Virus record (IMG/VR): IMGVR_UViG_3300045993_000918
Origin: a virus
DNA length: 64,000 nucleotides
Direction: 5' to 3' (one strand)
Position 1 is the first letter of the stretch, and the number at the start of each line of letters is the position of its first letter. Positions 11,101 to 18,960 of this stretch are shown one piece after another. The notes beneath the pieces were generated by a model. The model was not told the DNA's origin, did not search any database, and saw only the letters and a list, made by a program, of their open reading frames with translations. The translations under genes were made by a program, and so were the position numbers.

Positions 11101-12055
11101 GGGCCATGGTGACGGCACCGCGGCGAGCGGCGAGCTTTGCGGAGCTGGAGCGGTACTGCGCCATCAGCTCGTCGTGCGGGAGATCGGACCGGTTGGTGAC
11201 GTCCATCTCGTCGTAGTACTCGGCATCGGCCCGGCTCATCCGGAGGACGGCCCACAGCGCGATCACCTCGCCGGTGTTGATCGACTCGCCGCGAGCGATC
11301 TTCCGAGCTCCGGAGCCGATCCTGTCGGCGAGCTCCTCGAGGGTCGGAGCGCGGTCCTTGCCCTTCTTCTCATCGTAAACCGCGGAGAGGTTGTTGAGCC
11401 CTTGAGCGCGCAGGCCGTTGAACGCGTCCTCGAGGGTGCGACCGGTCTCCGGGTCGACCACGACCTGCTCGGTCGTCCACCCGACCCGGCCCGACTTGAT
11501 CGTGTCCTCGATCTCGTACGGAGTCATCGGCCGACCGTCGTCGCCCAGCGGCGGCCACTCCGAGCTGGTCGGCCCCGAGCTCGAGGGGATCTCGGCCTTG
11601 ACCGAGGCGGTCTGGACCTGGTCGTAGTCGAAAGTCGCGTCGGTACCTCCGGCGGCCTCGGACCGAAGCACGACCTTCCCGTCGCTGAACCCGACGACGC
11701 GGCCGGACGCTACCTCCCGTGCCCCGTCGAAGACCTGCGCGAACGCGCCGACCTCGATGAACCTCCCGTCCCGCCCGCGCGGGTGGGCGTCGGCGTCCCA
11801 GACGCGCCCGAGGGCGCCCGCGACGTCGGGTGCGATGCTTGCGTGCTCAGCCATGCGGCCGATTGTACTCGCAGTCAAGCCCATTTCACGACCGCGTCGC
11901 ACGATGTGCGTGGCCGAGCCGAAGAGGTCCGGCGTACGTCCGGCTGCGAGCAGCGCCGCGATCACGTCGTCGACGTCCTCGATCGGGAGCCGACCGTCCG
12001 GCGTGGCGACGCCAGCGCGGGCCGCCTCGGCAACCCGGGACGGGGTCCAGATCAC
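5150..12055 (-). CDS. giant mosaic (polyvalent-type) virion protein, 2301 aa
   Basis: Track ORF 5150..12433. First 126 codons are Arg-rich and overlap the portal gene, so start set to GTG 12055 (GTGA overlap with portal stop). Modules: HPRGRDGRFIE, Cys/His Zn-ribbon-like GHVHKSRECSTC...ACTTC, hydrophobic helix, WLYGDTF domain, C-terminal HEEHH (HExxH). Confidence 0.8.
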   Translation of the reverse strand: MIWTPSRVAEAARAGVATPDGRLPIEDVDDVIAALLAAGRTPDLFGSATHIVRRGREMGLTASTIGRMAEHASIAPDVAGALGRVWDADAHPRGRDGRFIEVGAFAQVFDGAREVASGRVVGFSDGKVVLRSEAAGGTDATFDYDQVQTASVKAEIPSSSGPTSSEWPPLGDDGRPMTPYEIEDTIKSGRVGWTTEQVVVDPETGRTLEDAFNGLRAQGLNNLSAVYDEKKGKDRAPTLEELADRIGSGARKIARGESINTGEVIALWAVLRMSRADAEYYDEMDVTNRSDLPHDELMAQYRSSSAKLAARRGAVTMALTKRGTNPTPRKKAVIPPTPKPDPAPNVPEPGADRASAAAAVAEAEATWQASPKGDREKMKKRDTRNAAVQRYMAVTGMTDMSDARDAALKEARGGSEPVEAADPAELPPPVVEKPIGVGLTPPSQARQDSDGRWSVPIEGVDGSNGEAVWVRPDTGAVAQYASTFDVYVGDRQTRAVVHTYYSRRGGLRYAVSAGDDEDLRVALIGAQDTIDTNSLTDAVRRAVAAGYQLDREEQLRALQRKAALLRGDVAPEKADEGLPRPIAPNPGPVAPETFAVVLESGSGDGKAYGVYAPDGTKLGRVKSYEGYIDKKSPGSGRIVSSRKDATLWSWAPEPGVLPGTQRERFGFRSRADAIRDALSATDHRGAAYVDQKTPPGPVAVDPEPAPVPPPPLEVSDPVDTPPPVRPALTEDWLHPDVAAIQDLSPKQIDVNTEQTWVEQYEVATEVARLQDQIRRATPGGTEKAGEKPKWREDDRLYAMPFADVLAAYEPKQEYNYTTQEYGTVDLRTRYDALQERRRVAVAAEEVYRGEFHRRGRWTRAFLVTSSGGGHVHKSRECSTCRPGQYRPDGTWSGGTEFIWLPEYADEKEDRIVGDAGERACTTCYPTAPVSALNRKTRIFSPDERKAAEDRELRAQAKLEREAQAKANAPTATGEPLVINDGGIRETFRTERAALNWWSGAADYIGWSYKPDSQKRASWEAMEIVVAAIAEKRGVDPDEVRAGMVASHRKKTKKNRVDDPFAGWINDDGSYTATPFDPKEGLSLGELDALSPGTIVERPGRQFYTKLEDGRWRPSAGGSAGSVSAESIDEGYHVRGGGRERRDAPSGPAPSGPAPSVDESDRWEGSSWAPRHYASSPASEIRVGDHVLPYDADEVHEVLEVVPTAEEILAKTRSLDTRQVHSHNWMRTSLIRKLVASGAAALALSGVGISMLDGDDADADSPDAIAPPLPQTSISAQETPHVSVPAKARVAAPTSAAGFAAMWSKVPTAEWGAADVSLSIDLPGDRSVWLYGDTFSGNNGMVHSSAITQDGGTLHVSDGGRQLLPNDDANHIYWIEAAEVVDANHILVTAAPMEVGAEGPWDFKRTSEKSRTAMVTVDVDGDLHFARWVGHVDAPPKFADFEAVGEHHFTYESRAHPEVKLSSGKTLYTTNQNWDDDVSNHQNPDGSLRFEDYRPIFSEGEAGGRSGPADAISPEQMGLTADPVTGFLPVLSPEAVERAHARVARAREKLPDDPSEIGLTTGDRDPEQDAMVGRYEREATAHLAEAKAWEDWVDAVRAEYERRAAEPGGFVNDWDHPSSEDVPPPKSTVRVLGKRTTDGFQYVMRVGSYETFGVPGKSNLRDETLENWDPVKRARRLRKNAADSTEKAANARALADGSWTPETDAGYVKKKNLAEFYERRRNALAVWYEAIQHAGMKDPEDITLVEPPASVLDPANEFDPAFLSRVRNYASPYYWSHTNTDDYYLSVSMSRQAEEAADFRYRARDALEGNRLMLKKRLERGQNSIQQVDYMPDGGPGETTVAQLEAVVAMGQALEDEVDAQLAAEGLDAAKIFPDATEVKKYRQLLADFDDAKWQAFDEAAADVLKSRGVTNRRDYIMAWLDRTDHVYHENYIDSDWERDYDAAVGPELAAWAERLEQTLKSRTGNPLGNERRLYFERRKAIYVELLQRLGVPFGAPEEIDAPYVWDTDRSWVSPSQLKVGTLVSSGGDRNRPTKFKRAVTVTVVRQESDGSWHFEYSDGTSADRLPSYAWHEAPVTLESTDRVQARGIKEGLRQMPTAMVETAWGDGHKVTVRAARRGSRGTAELSLPSDHEAVSTVIHEEHHAVENNAAWVKRLEWAAMTDSCYRGKPGERKVKKGTAKELFKYRKTKLATILPGDGYSKYEIAFRDEFYSPYVGKVYAPGSWADDKIGSHTASYELLTMTSEAVLGDRSDVSPVSEQATRDRAKWMRAWYLGIVLLAQEHSAVRRGLKPGTPGAKLKAV

Positions 12056-13635
12056 GCCGGGACCTCCTCCTGCATCGGCACGGCCGAGAGGCCCGGGGGC
12101 GCTGCCTCGATCGCGACCGGAGCCGGAGCGGATGTGGCGGCGAGCTGCTCCTGCAGCCCGGGCGGGAACGGACTGGCCGACTGGTTCGAGGTCTGCGCCT
12201 TCTTGAGCACCTCGGGCATGAGGAACATCAGCAGCGCCTGCGAGATCTCCTCCGGGATGATCGCCTTCTCGACTGCCATCCGCCAGGTGATCTCCTCCTC
12301 GGTCGGCGCGTCGTTGTCGCCGAACCCGTGCGCCGCGCGCCAGGCCTCGCCGGAGAGGATGTACTTCTCGTACCCGCTGTCGGCGTCGTTGCTGCGGTTC
12401 GGCCGGACGACGACCTCGGACGGGTCGTACCACACGACGATCCGGTTGACATCCTCGGTCTCGTAGCCCGCGGCGCGCAGCAGCGGCCGGAGGTAGATGT
12501 CCGTGATCGCGTCGCAGAACATCAGCGCCAGCGGCTCGATGTGCGCCTTGTACAGGCCCTCGTCGATCTGGATCGCGTTGCTGTATTTGACGTTGGCCAG
12601 ACCGGTCACGATGTCCTTCGGCACGTCGATCCCCTGCAGGATCCGCTCGAGCACGCGCTCAGCCCGGTTGACCAGCGCCTCGTCGCTGTCGCGGCTCAGC
12701 TGGATGTACGCGATCTTCTCACCCTGCTCGGCCGGACCGCGAACCAGCAGCGGGACAACGCTCGCGGCGCTGCCCTCGTCGCTGATCGGCTGGGTCATCG
12801 CGGCGACGAGCTCGACCTCGAACGGATCCTCGCCCTCGGTCTCCTCCTCCCCGGGTGTGCGGGCCGAGATCGAGAGCGAGTCGGGCACGAACAGCAGACC
12901 GGCGTTGAGCCGGGAGCGGGTCGTCGCCCGGATCATCCGGCTCAGCAGCAGCAGCTCCTCGCAGTCCCCGCGGAGCGCCTTCATCGAGCTGTCCGGGTCG
13001 GCGCTGAACCGCGGGTGCGCCCGCCAGATCCGGCCGATCGGGGTGTCCTTCGGGATGACCTTCTCCCGGGCGGTGCTGGTCGAGACCGAGGCCTTGAGCA
13101 CGATCCGCCCGGCGCTGTTGACCCGCAGCTCGTCGACGGACTTCACACTCCACCGGTTCTCGATGCACACGAGGTAGCACTCGCCCGGGACGCTCATGTT
13201 CAGGCCGTAGGAGCGCAGCATCGCCGGGATCCCGTCGCCCTGACTCAGCTGCTCCATGAAGCGCTGGGCGTCCTTCGCCAGCCTGGGGTCGATCGGAGTC
13301 AGGCCCTGCAGCGGGCCGTCGTCGGCGTACTGCCCCTCGCCTTTGACGCCCGCGGCATCCGTGACGTTCGTCGGCGGGGCGTCAGAGTTGAGCACGGCGG
13401 AGGCGACGAGACGCACCCGGCTCAGCACGTTCGCGACCAGACCAAACCCGAACTTGACCTCGCCGATCGCGTCGTAGTACGCCCAGGCCTCGGCCTGCCA
13501 CTCGGCGTTCGGGCCGCTCAGACGCTCGCGCATCTGCTCGGCCTCGCCCTTCTTCGAGAGCGAGACCTTCGCAGCCGACGCAGTCAGCGTGCGGGTCTGG
13601 TTGTACGGAGCGGCCCTAGGCCTTCCGAACACCAC
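12052..13635 (-). CDS. portal protein
   Basis: 527-aa track ORF downstream of the terminase genes. Size and composition typical of SPP1-type portals. Alternative start ATG 13533 (MRERLSG). Confidence 0.75.
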   Translation of the reverse strand: MVFGRPRAAPYNQTRTLTASAAKVSLSKKGEAEQMRERLSGPNAEWQAEAWAYYDAIGEVKFGFGLVANVLSRVRLVASAVLNSDAPPTNVTDAAGVKGEGQYADDGPLQGLTPIDPRLAKDAQRFMEQLSQGDGIPAMLRSYGLNMSVPGECYLVCIENRWSVKSVDELRVNSAGRIVLKASVSTSTAREKVIPKDTPIGRIWRAHPRFSADPDSSMKALRGDCEELLLLSRMIRATTRSRLNAGLLFVPDSLSISARTPGEEETEGEDPFEVELVAAMTQPISDEGSAASVVPLLVRGPAEQGEKIAYIQLSRDSDEALVNRAERVLERILQGIDVPKDIVTGLANVKYSNAIQIDEGLYKAHIEPLALMFCDAITDIYLRPLLRAAGYETEDVNRIVVWYDPSEVVVRPNRSNDADSGYEKYILSGEAWRAAHGFGDNDAPTEEEITWRMAVEKAIIPEEISQALLMFLMPEVLKKAQTSNQSASPFPPGLQEQLAATSAPAPVAIEAAPPGLSAVPMQEEVPA

Positions 13636-13924
13636 GCGTGACCACCGCCTCTGAGACGACCGACTGGACGTACGAAGTTGAGTTTACCACGGCGGTCGTT
13701 GCCGCGGCCAGAGCCAGAGCGTACCGCAACTTCGGGGGCACCAACCCCGTCGCCACGGCCAGCCCTGCCCACAGGCTGACGCAGTGCGGACACTCGAACC
13801 AGTATGCCAGCGGACTGTCCGGCCACCGCTCGTTGACTGCTTCGCGCGCCGGACGAGTGATCTCGTCCTGCGTGACCAGCCGAGCGATGCGCCAGACAGC
13901 CGCAGCGTCGATCAGGACGCCCAT
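13616..13924 (-). CDS. membrane protein, DUF1360-like
   Basis: 102 aa; RLVTQDEITRP...WFECPHCVSLWAG pattern plus hydrophobic C-terminal half. Confidence 0.6.
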   Translation of the reverse strand: MGVLIDAAAVWRIARLVTQDEITRPAREAVNERWPDSPLAYWFECPHCVSLWAGLAVATGLVPPKLRYALALAAATTAVVNSTSYVQSVVSEAVVTRGVRKA

Positions 13925-13927
13925 CGG

Positions 13928-14326
13928 TCAGGCGGCCAGCGAGAGACTACCCTGCCCGGCGGGAACCGGGACCACCTGGGTGCGGTTGAACATGGCCAAC
14001 GCGATAGCCGAGACGGCGATGATGGCCCCGGTCTGCTCAGAAGTGAGATGAGCTCCGAATCCGATCGCCAGTGCGATCACGGTGTCGAGCAGGCCCAGGA
14101 TCAACGATGCCAGGGTCTGGAGGGTGACGTAGGCGACGTAGACCGCAAGAGCCGCGGCAACGACACCGTTGATCAGACCGATCTGCTCTGGGCTCATCAC
14201 GGCCCAGAACGCGGTGACTGCGACGAGCGCTGCCTTGATGAACCCGGCGACCAGGGCCGGTTCCCTACCGAAGATCACGATGGGCTCTCCTTCAGTTGGC
14301 GGGGCGACGCGGATCGCCGCTCCCAT
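13928..14326 (-). CDS. multi-pass membrane protein (holin-like)
   Basis: 132 aa, 3-4 hydrophobic helices. Better SD (GAAGGAGAG) precedes an internal GTG at 14278, which is an alternative start. Confidence 0.6.
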   Translation of the reverse strand: MGAAIRVAPPTEGEPIVIFGREPALVAGFIKAALVAVTAFWAVMSPEQIGLINGVVAAALAVYVAYVTLQTLASLILGLLDTVIALAIGFGAHLTSEQTGAIIAVSAIALAMFNRTQVVPVPAGQGSLSLAA

Positions 14327-14354
14327 CTTACCGCTGATCGCGGTTGCTTTGGGC

Positions 14355-14906
14355 TCATCGCAGTGAGATGAGCACGGTCACGATGCCCAGGATGATGATA
14401 ACCAGCCCACCGAAGGCCGCCCACATCGCGTAGAGTCGGGCCTGCTGCGCGGCCTGGCCGCTGTCCTTGCCGGTGTTCTGGTCCATCCGCGAGGCCAAGA
14501 CGACGTAGCGCTCGTTGTTGACCAGCCGCTCGGCGTCGAAGCGCTCGAGCAGAGACTGGAAGCGGACCTCGGCCTCGGACCGAGACATGAGGGTGGCGGC
14601 CTGGTCCGCGAGCTGGCCGCGGAACTCGTTGACCGACTCGAAGCGCTTCTCACTCGACGCCTCCGACTTAGCCACGGCCTCCTTTGCCGACTCCAGGGCG
14701 GCCTGCACCGCCTTGTCGGCGGCGATGAACGCGGTCTGCATGGCAGTGGTCTGCGCGACGTAGGCAGCGTCGGTGGCCTTGGTCTGCGTCTCGTAGCGCT
14801 CGTTGAGCTGGTCGCGCAGGTCGTCGTGCTGTCGCTGCATGAACTGCAGCGCGGTGTCCACAGTCCACCCACTGGGCTGCTGCTCCGTCTCCCCGCTCAT
14901 CGTCAT
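14355..14906 (-). CDS. coiled-coil protein with C-terminal transmembrane anchor
   Basis: 183 aa; Gln/Ala/Glu-rich helical region then AFGGLVIIILGIVTVLISL; ATGA overlap with upstream stop. Confidence 0.65.
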   Translation of the reverse strand: MTMSGETEQQPSGWTVDTALQFMQRQHDDLRDQLNERYETQTKATDAAYVAQTTAMQTAFIAADKAVQAALESAKEAVAKSEASSEKRFESVNEFRGQLADQAATLMSRSEAEVRFQSLLERFDAERLVNNERYVVLASRMDQNTGKDSGQAAQQARLYAMWAAFGGLVIIILGIVTVLISLR

Positions 14907-15061
14907 TCACCCTCCCGCCGGTGCTTGTGATCTTCGACCGAGTGCGAACCGCACTCATCGTCGTGCTCGTTGCGTCCGGTCGGCCAGTGGTAGGCGGCAA
15001 ACATCAGGATCGCAGTCTGGACCGCCGCAATCAGGGGCGCGAGGACGTAGGACCAGTCCAT
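14903..15061 (-). CDS. small membrane protein (52 aa)
   Basis: In-frame tail of track ORF 14903..15322. ATG 15061 overlaps upstream stop (TGATG). MDWSYVLAPLIAAVQTAILMFAAY helix. Confidence 0.5.
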   Translation of the reverse strand: MDWSYVLAPLIAAVQTAILMFAAYHWPTGRNEHDDECGSHSVEDHKHRREGE

Positions 15062-15453
15062 CAGGCCCCCGCCGAGGCCCTCTGGTCCGCTTTCTCCAGC
15101 AGGTAAGACCCGCTGGCGACCACCACCCAGCAGACCGAGAGCCACAGGCCCTCCAGCGTGATGTTCCCAGGGTTGACCAGCACGATCAGCCAGAACCTCG
15201 TCGCCCACACGAAGGAGGCCAGCAGCAGGCCCACCTCGGCCAAGCGCTGCGAGCTGCGGACCCAGCCAGCGACCAGGACGCCCGCAGTCAGTAGCGCCGA
15301 TCCAGCCAGCAGGTCGGCCCATGACGAGCTGTTGAGCACCCCGACGTTGGTGACCGCCGCCCAGGCGATGATGAGCATCGTGATCGTCAGCGCTAGGGCC
15401 ACGGGCTTGACTGGGCGCCCCCAGACCTTCCAGCGCAGGTTCATCGGCGGCAT
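15061..15453 (-). CDS. four-helix membrane protein (130 aa)
   Basis: Tail of track ORF 15061..15576. ATG 15453 in TGATG overlap with MuF-like stop. Four hydrophobic segments. Confidence 0.6.
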   Translation of the reverse strand: MPPMNLRWKVWGRPVKPVALALTITMLIIAWAAVTNVGVLNSSSWADLLAGSALLTAGVLVAGWVRSSQRLAEVGLLLASFVWATRFWLIVLVNPGNITLEGLWLSVCWVVVASGSYLLEKADQRASAGA

Positions 15454-16244
15454 CAGACTGGCACCGTCCGCTCGGACCGGATCACCGGGCCGACCTCCGG
15501 ACTGGTCAGCTCGATGACGCTCTCGCCCCGCTGGAACGTGCGCACCGTGGTCGGGACCAAGTAAGCCAGCCGACAACGGCAGTTCGCCGTCTCCCCGATC
15601 GGTGCGGCCGGGTCGCCGGGGTACAGGATCTCGCTGCCGTCGACGGTCACGAACGGCTCCCCGAGCGGCCGAGTCTCACCCTCGAGCGCACCGTGCGTGA
15701 GCCGGACTCGATCGTCCTTCCGGGTCCGCCAGGTCCCGCCCTCAGCACCGAGGCCCTCAGCGAGCTGAGAGCGCACCATCTCCCGGGCCCGGGTGGTCCC
15801 GGTCTGCGCCAGTCGGGCCGACCCGACCCGGACTCGGCGGTAGATGTCGGCGGTGAGCTCGTGCTGCGGCTTCGGCTTCACGACGGCGGCGCCCGGGGCG
15901 AGCCGCTCCCCGGCGGCCTGATAGGTCCCGGCGAGGCCGTCAGCGATCTGCGTCACCATCTCATCGTGCACAGCCGGTACGATCTCGTCGACTACCCGGG
16001 CGGCCGGAGCCCCGGTGACTCCTGAGCGAGTCAGGAACCGGAACGCGGTGCGCACCAGGTAGGCCTTCAGCGCGAGGCCGATCGCGTCCTGTACGAGCCC
16101 CGGCCAGGGGGCCGCGGTGAGTGACATCGGTGACGGCGTCGCTGGGTCGGTCGAAGCGAGCGCCCCCGCCAGCGCTGTGGCGATCAGCCTCTCCGTCTCG
16201 GTGGCGTCCTGCTCGTCGACGTCGTCGACGGTCCGGGCGGCCAT
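15453..16244 (-). CDS. MuF-like (SPP1 gp7 family) minor head protein
   Basis: WRTRKDDRVRLTHGALEGE...YPGDP...NCRCRL motif. Start ATG 16244 in TGATG overlap; upstream part of track ORF is Arg-rich. Confidence 0.7.
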   Translation of the reverse strand: MAARTVDDVDEQDATETERLIATALAGALASTDPATPSPMSLTAAPWPGLVQDAIGLALKAYLVRTAFRFLTRSGVTGAPAARVVDEIVPAVHDEMVTQIADGLAGTYQAAGERLAPGAAVVKPKPQHELTADIYRRVRVGSARLAQTGTTRAREMVRSQLAEGLGAEGGTWRTRKDDRVRLTHGALEGETRPLGEPFVTVDGSEILYPGDPAAPIGETANCRCRLAYLVPTTVRTFQRGESVIELTSPEVGPVIRSERTVPV

Positions 16245-16558
16245 CAGATCCCGACCTGGACGTGCCCGCGGCCCTCGTACGGGTCGAACCGACGCAGCCT
16301 CGAGCCGCAACCGCACCGGCCGGACCGGGTCACGACCACGATCCCCTCGACGACCTGCACGGCGAACCCGGAGGTGTGCGCCCCCTCGTAGCTGACGATC
16401 ACCGAGTGGTAGACGCGCTCCGGACCGGCGACCGAATCTTTCCAGATCGAGAGCTCGCCGTCGCCGAGGATGACCCGGGCGGGCTCGAAGATGAGGTCGC
16501 CGACCGGGTACCGGGCCTTGGCCGGGAACATGTCGAAGACGACCTGGACAGCGCTCAC
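16244..16558 (-). CDS. hypothetical protein (104 aa)
   Basis: Track ORF. GTG start 7 nt downstream of TGGTAGAAT (leaderless arrangement). Confidence 0.6.
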   Translation of the reverse strand: MSAVQVVFDMFPAKARYPVGDLIFEPARVILGDGELSIWKDSVAGPERVYHSVIVSYEGAHTSGFAVQVVEGIVVVTRSGRCGCGSRLRRFDPYEGRGHVQVGI

Positions 16559-16565
16559 GTCGACG

Positions 16566-16574
16566 ATTCTACCA
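16566..16574 (-). promoter_or_regulatory. extended -10 TGGTAGAAT, leaderless start
   Basis: 7 nt upstream of GTG 16558. Confidence 0.45.
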
Positions 16575-16596
16575 AAGCCGACGTCCGCGCACCAGA

Positions 16597-18051
16597 TTAG
16601 CCTGCACGGCGGCCGTTGATCGAGTTGCGCGAGGTCACCGCGGCTGCGCCGGTCGGAATCCGGCCGCGAGAGCCGGGGCCGGAGACGCTGGTCGAGCCGA
16701 CCCCGCTCCGGACCGCGGCCGGTACGATCAGCGCGGTCATCCCGTGCACCATCGCATCGAGCCGGTCCGGACTCTTCGCGGTCTCACCCGGGACCCAGGT
16801 CGTCATCTGGTCCTCGAGGCTGAGGAACCGGCCGACGTGGTGGATCCGGTGCTGGTCGTAGGCCAGCGTGACCGGCTCGGCGCGCAGCGCCTTGCCCTGC
16901 TTGGCGTGCACCAGCTTGACCGCGACCCCGGGGTCTAGGCTGTGGATGACCTCGCGCACCAGCGCCCCGCCCTGGTTCGCCTCCGCCACGATCGGGCAGC
17001 TGTACGTTCGCGCAGCCTCGACCGCCGCGGCGGCCCAGACGCTCGGCGGTCCGAGCACGGACCGGTCCGCGAGCACGAACGCCTGGCGCTCGATCGGCCG
17101 GATCTCGGAGGTCGCACCGCACACGACGATCCCGCACTCATCGCCAGGCTCGTCCGCGACCGAAGGGTCGACGCCGACGACGCGCAGCGGCGGGAGTTGG
17201 AACCCGTGCGACTCGACCCGGTCGGCGTCAATCTCCTCGAGCTTCCAGAGCGCACCCTGGACGTCGGCGAGCATCTGCGCGTACAGCTCCTGCGCACCGA
17301 GCCGGGTGCCCTCGTACCGGCGCAGGATGACGTCGAGGTAGACCTGCGCGAGGTGCGGGTTGTCGAACGTCGAAGCGGTGTGCAGCTCGACCTCGTTGGT
17401 CTCTTCCTCAGCCAGCGCGTATAGTTCACGCATAACCGGCGTGCGCTTCGGTGTGGTCGTGACGAACAGCTGCGGGTGGCTCCCGAGCCGGGTCGCGATC
17501 TGCGCGTTGTCCCAGGCGGTCAACCCGGAGTCGTCCGGCTTGTGGTCCCAGGCCGCAAGCTCGTCCGCCCAGGTGTAGTGGAACTGCGGACCTCGGAGCT
17601 GACTCGGCTCCTCAGCGCTGAAGCACAGCGCCTCGGAGCCGTTGGCGAACTCGACCTTTCGTAGGCTCGGGATGTAGCGCGGTCGCTGGCTCGGCGGGTA
17701 GACTGCGAGCAGCCCGGACTCGCCTTGGACCATGACGTCACGCACGTCGGCGACCGTGCGCCCGACCAACGCCAGCCGCACGGGTGAGTCGTGCGGCCCG
17801 GTCTTGTCCCGGATCCACTCGGCGCCGGAGCGCGTCTTACCTGATCCGCGGCCAGCGCTGAACAGGATGATCCGAGCCAGCGACCGGACCGCGGCGAGCT
17901 GGCTGGGCCGCCCCATGTAGTCCCAGTCGTGCAGTAGCGCGTCGAGCTCGAGCTCTACCAGGATCAGCGAGCGCTCCTCCTCCGAGAGGATAGCGACGCG
18001 AGACTCGAGGCTGAGGTCGAGCGGTGGCGCCTCAGGCAGCAGGGTCGTCAT
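16597..18051 (-). CDS. terL: terminase large subunit
   Basis: Walker A SAGRGSGKTRSG plus C-terminal nuclease-like region. Start uncertain (18051 MTTLLPE or 18096). Confidence 0.85.
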   Translation of the reverse strand: MTTLLPEAPPLDLSLESRVAILSEEERSLILVELELDALLHDWDYMGRPSQLAAVRSLARIILFSAGRGSGKTRSGAEWIRDKTGPHDSPVRLALVGRTVADVRDVMVQGESGLLAVYPPSQRPRYIPSLRKVEFANGSEALCFSAEEPSQLRGPQFHYTWADELAAWDHKPDDSGLTAWDNAQIATRLGSHPQLFVTTTPKRTPVMRELYALAEEETNEVELHTASTFDNPHLAQVYLDVILRRYEGTRLGAQELYAQMLADVQGALWKLEEIDADRVESHGFQLPPLRVVGVDPSVADEPGDECGIVVCGATSEIRPIERQAFVLADRSVLGPPSVWAAAAVEAARTYSCPIVAEANQGGALVREVIHSLDPGVAVKLVHAKQGKALRAEPVTLAYDQHRIHHVGRFLSLEDQMTTWVPGETAKSPDRLDAMVHGMTALIVPAAVRSGVGSTSVSGPGSRGRIPTGAAAVTSRNSINGRRAG

Positions 18052-18832
18052 CGCCCACCAGCTCAGCCTCGAAGATCTCTTCGACCGAGAGGCCACGAGC
18101 GGACGCCTCGAGCTGGACCATGGCCGCGCTGTTGAGTCGGTCGAGCCGCTCCGCGATCACCTGGGCCGGGGAAGGCCGCCCGTCGTCCTCAACGTCAGCC
18201 GCGCCGAGTCGGAGCGTGGAGGTCGGGCCGACCCCGACGCGGTCGAGTACGGCGACCGCGGCGTCGAGCCGGACCTTCTCCGAGCGGCCGTGGTCGAGCA
18301 GGTCCTCGATCACGCCGACGGCCCGCTCCGAGAGCCCGAGCAGGTGGTCCGCGACCATGCGGCTGACCATCTCGCGGTCGGCGGTCGACATGGTCTGCGC
18401 ACCGTGCCGGTGGCAGAGCTCGGACCCGGCCGGAGGCTGACGGAAGCAGCCCGGCTCGGTGCAGAGCTTCGGCGCCTCGGGGTAGAACGGGCTGGCCAGC
18501 CCGCCGACGCCGATCCGGTCCACGGCGGTGAGACCGAACTGGGTAGCGTAGTCGTCCGCGAGCAGCTTCGCGCCGACCAGGTGCGGGCTGTCCTCCCGGC
18601 GTAGCACGCGGACGACCCGCTCATGCCGGTAGAACTCGTTGAAGCTCCAACGGGTCGCGATGTGCTTCGCGGCCTCGGCCCGCTGCGCGTCGAGGTTCGT
18701 CGGCTGCAGCGCCATCCACTCGTAGAACGGTGGGATCTTCGGCTTCCGGGGCCGCTTCGCCGGTACCGGGGCAGAGCCAGCAGCGACCACGACCTTTGAG
18801 GGCGTGGGCCTCTTCGCCGGGACAGGTGCCAT
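18032..18832 (-). CDS. terS: terminase small subunit (by position)
   Basis: 266 aa directly upstream of and overlapping terL. Basic Pro/Lys N-terminus. ATG 18832 lies 6 nt downstream of TACAAT. Confidence 0.55.
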   Translation of the reverse strand: MAPVPAKRPTPSKVVVAAGSAPVPAKRPRKPKIPPFYEWMALQPTNLDAQRAEAAKHIATRWSFNEFYRHERVVRVLRREDSPHLVGAKLLADDYATQFGLTAVDRIGVGGLASPFYPEAPKLCTEPGCFRQPPAGSELCHRHGAQTMSTADREMVSRMVADHLLGLSERAVGVIEDLLDHGRSEKVRLDAAVAVLDRVGVGPTSTLRLGAADVEDDGRPSPAQVIAERLDRLNSAAMVQLEASARGLSVEEIFEAELVGDDDPAA

Positions 18833-18838
18833 GCGGCC

Positions 18839-18844
18839 ATTGTA
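18839..18844 (-). promoter_or_regulatory. -10 TACAAT, leaderless start of terS (late operon)
   Basis: 6 nt upstream of ATG 18832. Confidence 0.45.
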
Positions 18845-18960
18845 CCGGCACTTGACTTTGCGCGCCAGGTGGGGGTTTGCCCGGAAGGGCCCCTTCCCGC
18901 CCCGAAAAGCCGCACTCCCGGCCCTCACGGGTCGGGAGCGGGCGTTCGGGCCGCGAGCGG

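Noticed and set aside
12056-12433. N-terminal 126 codons of track ORF 5150..12433
   Set aside because: The segment is Arg-rich (RRRQRVREV...) and fully overlaps the portal gene in another frame. A GTG in a GTGA overlap with the portal stop gives a sensible start.
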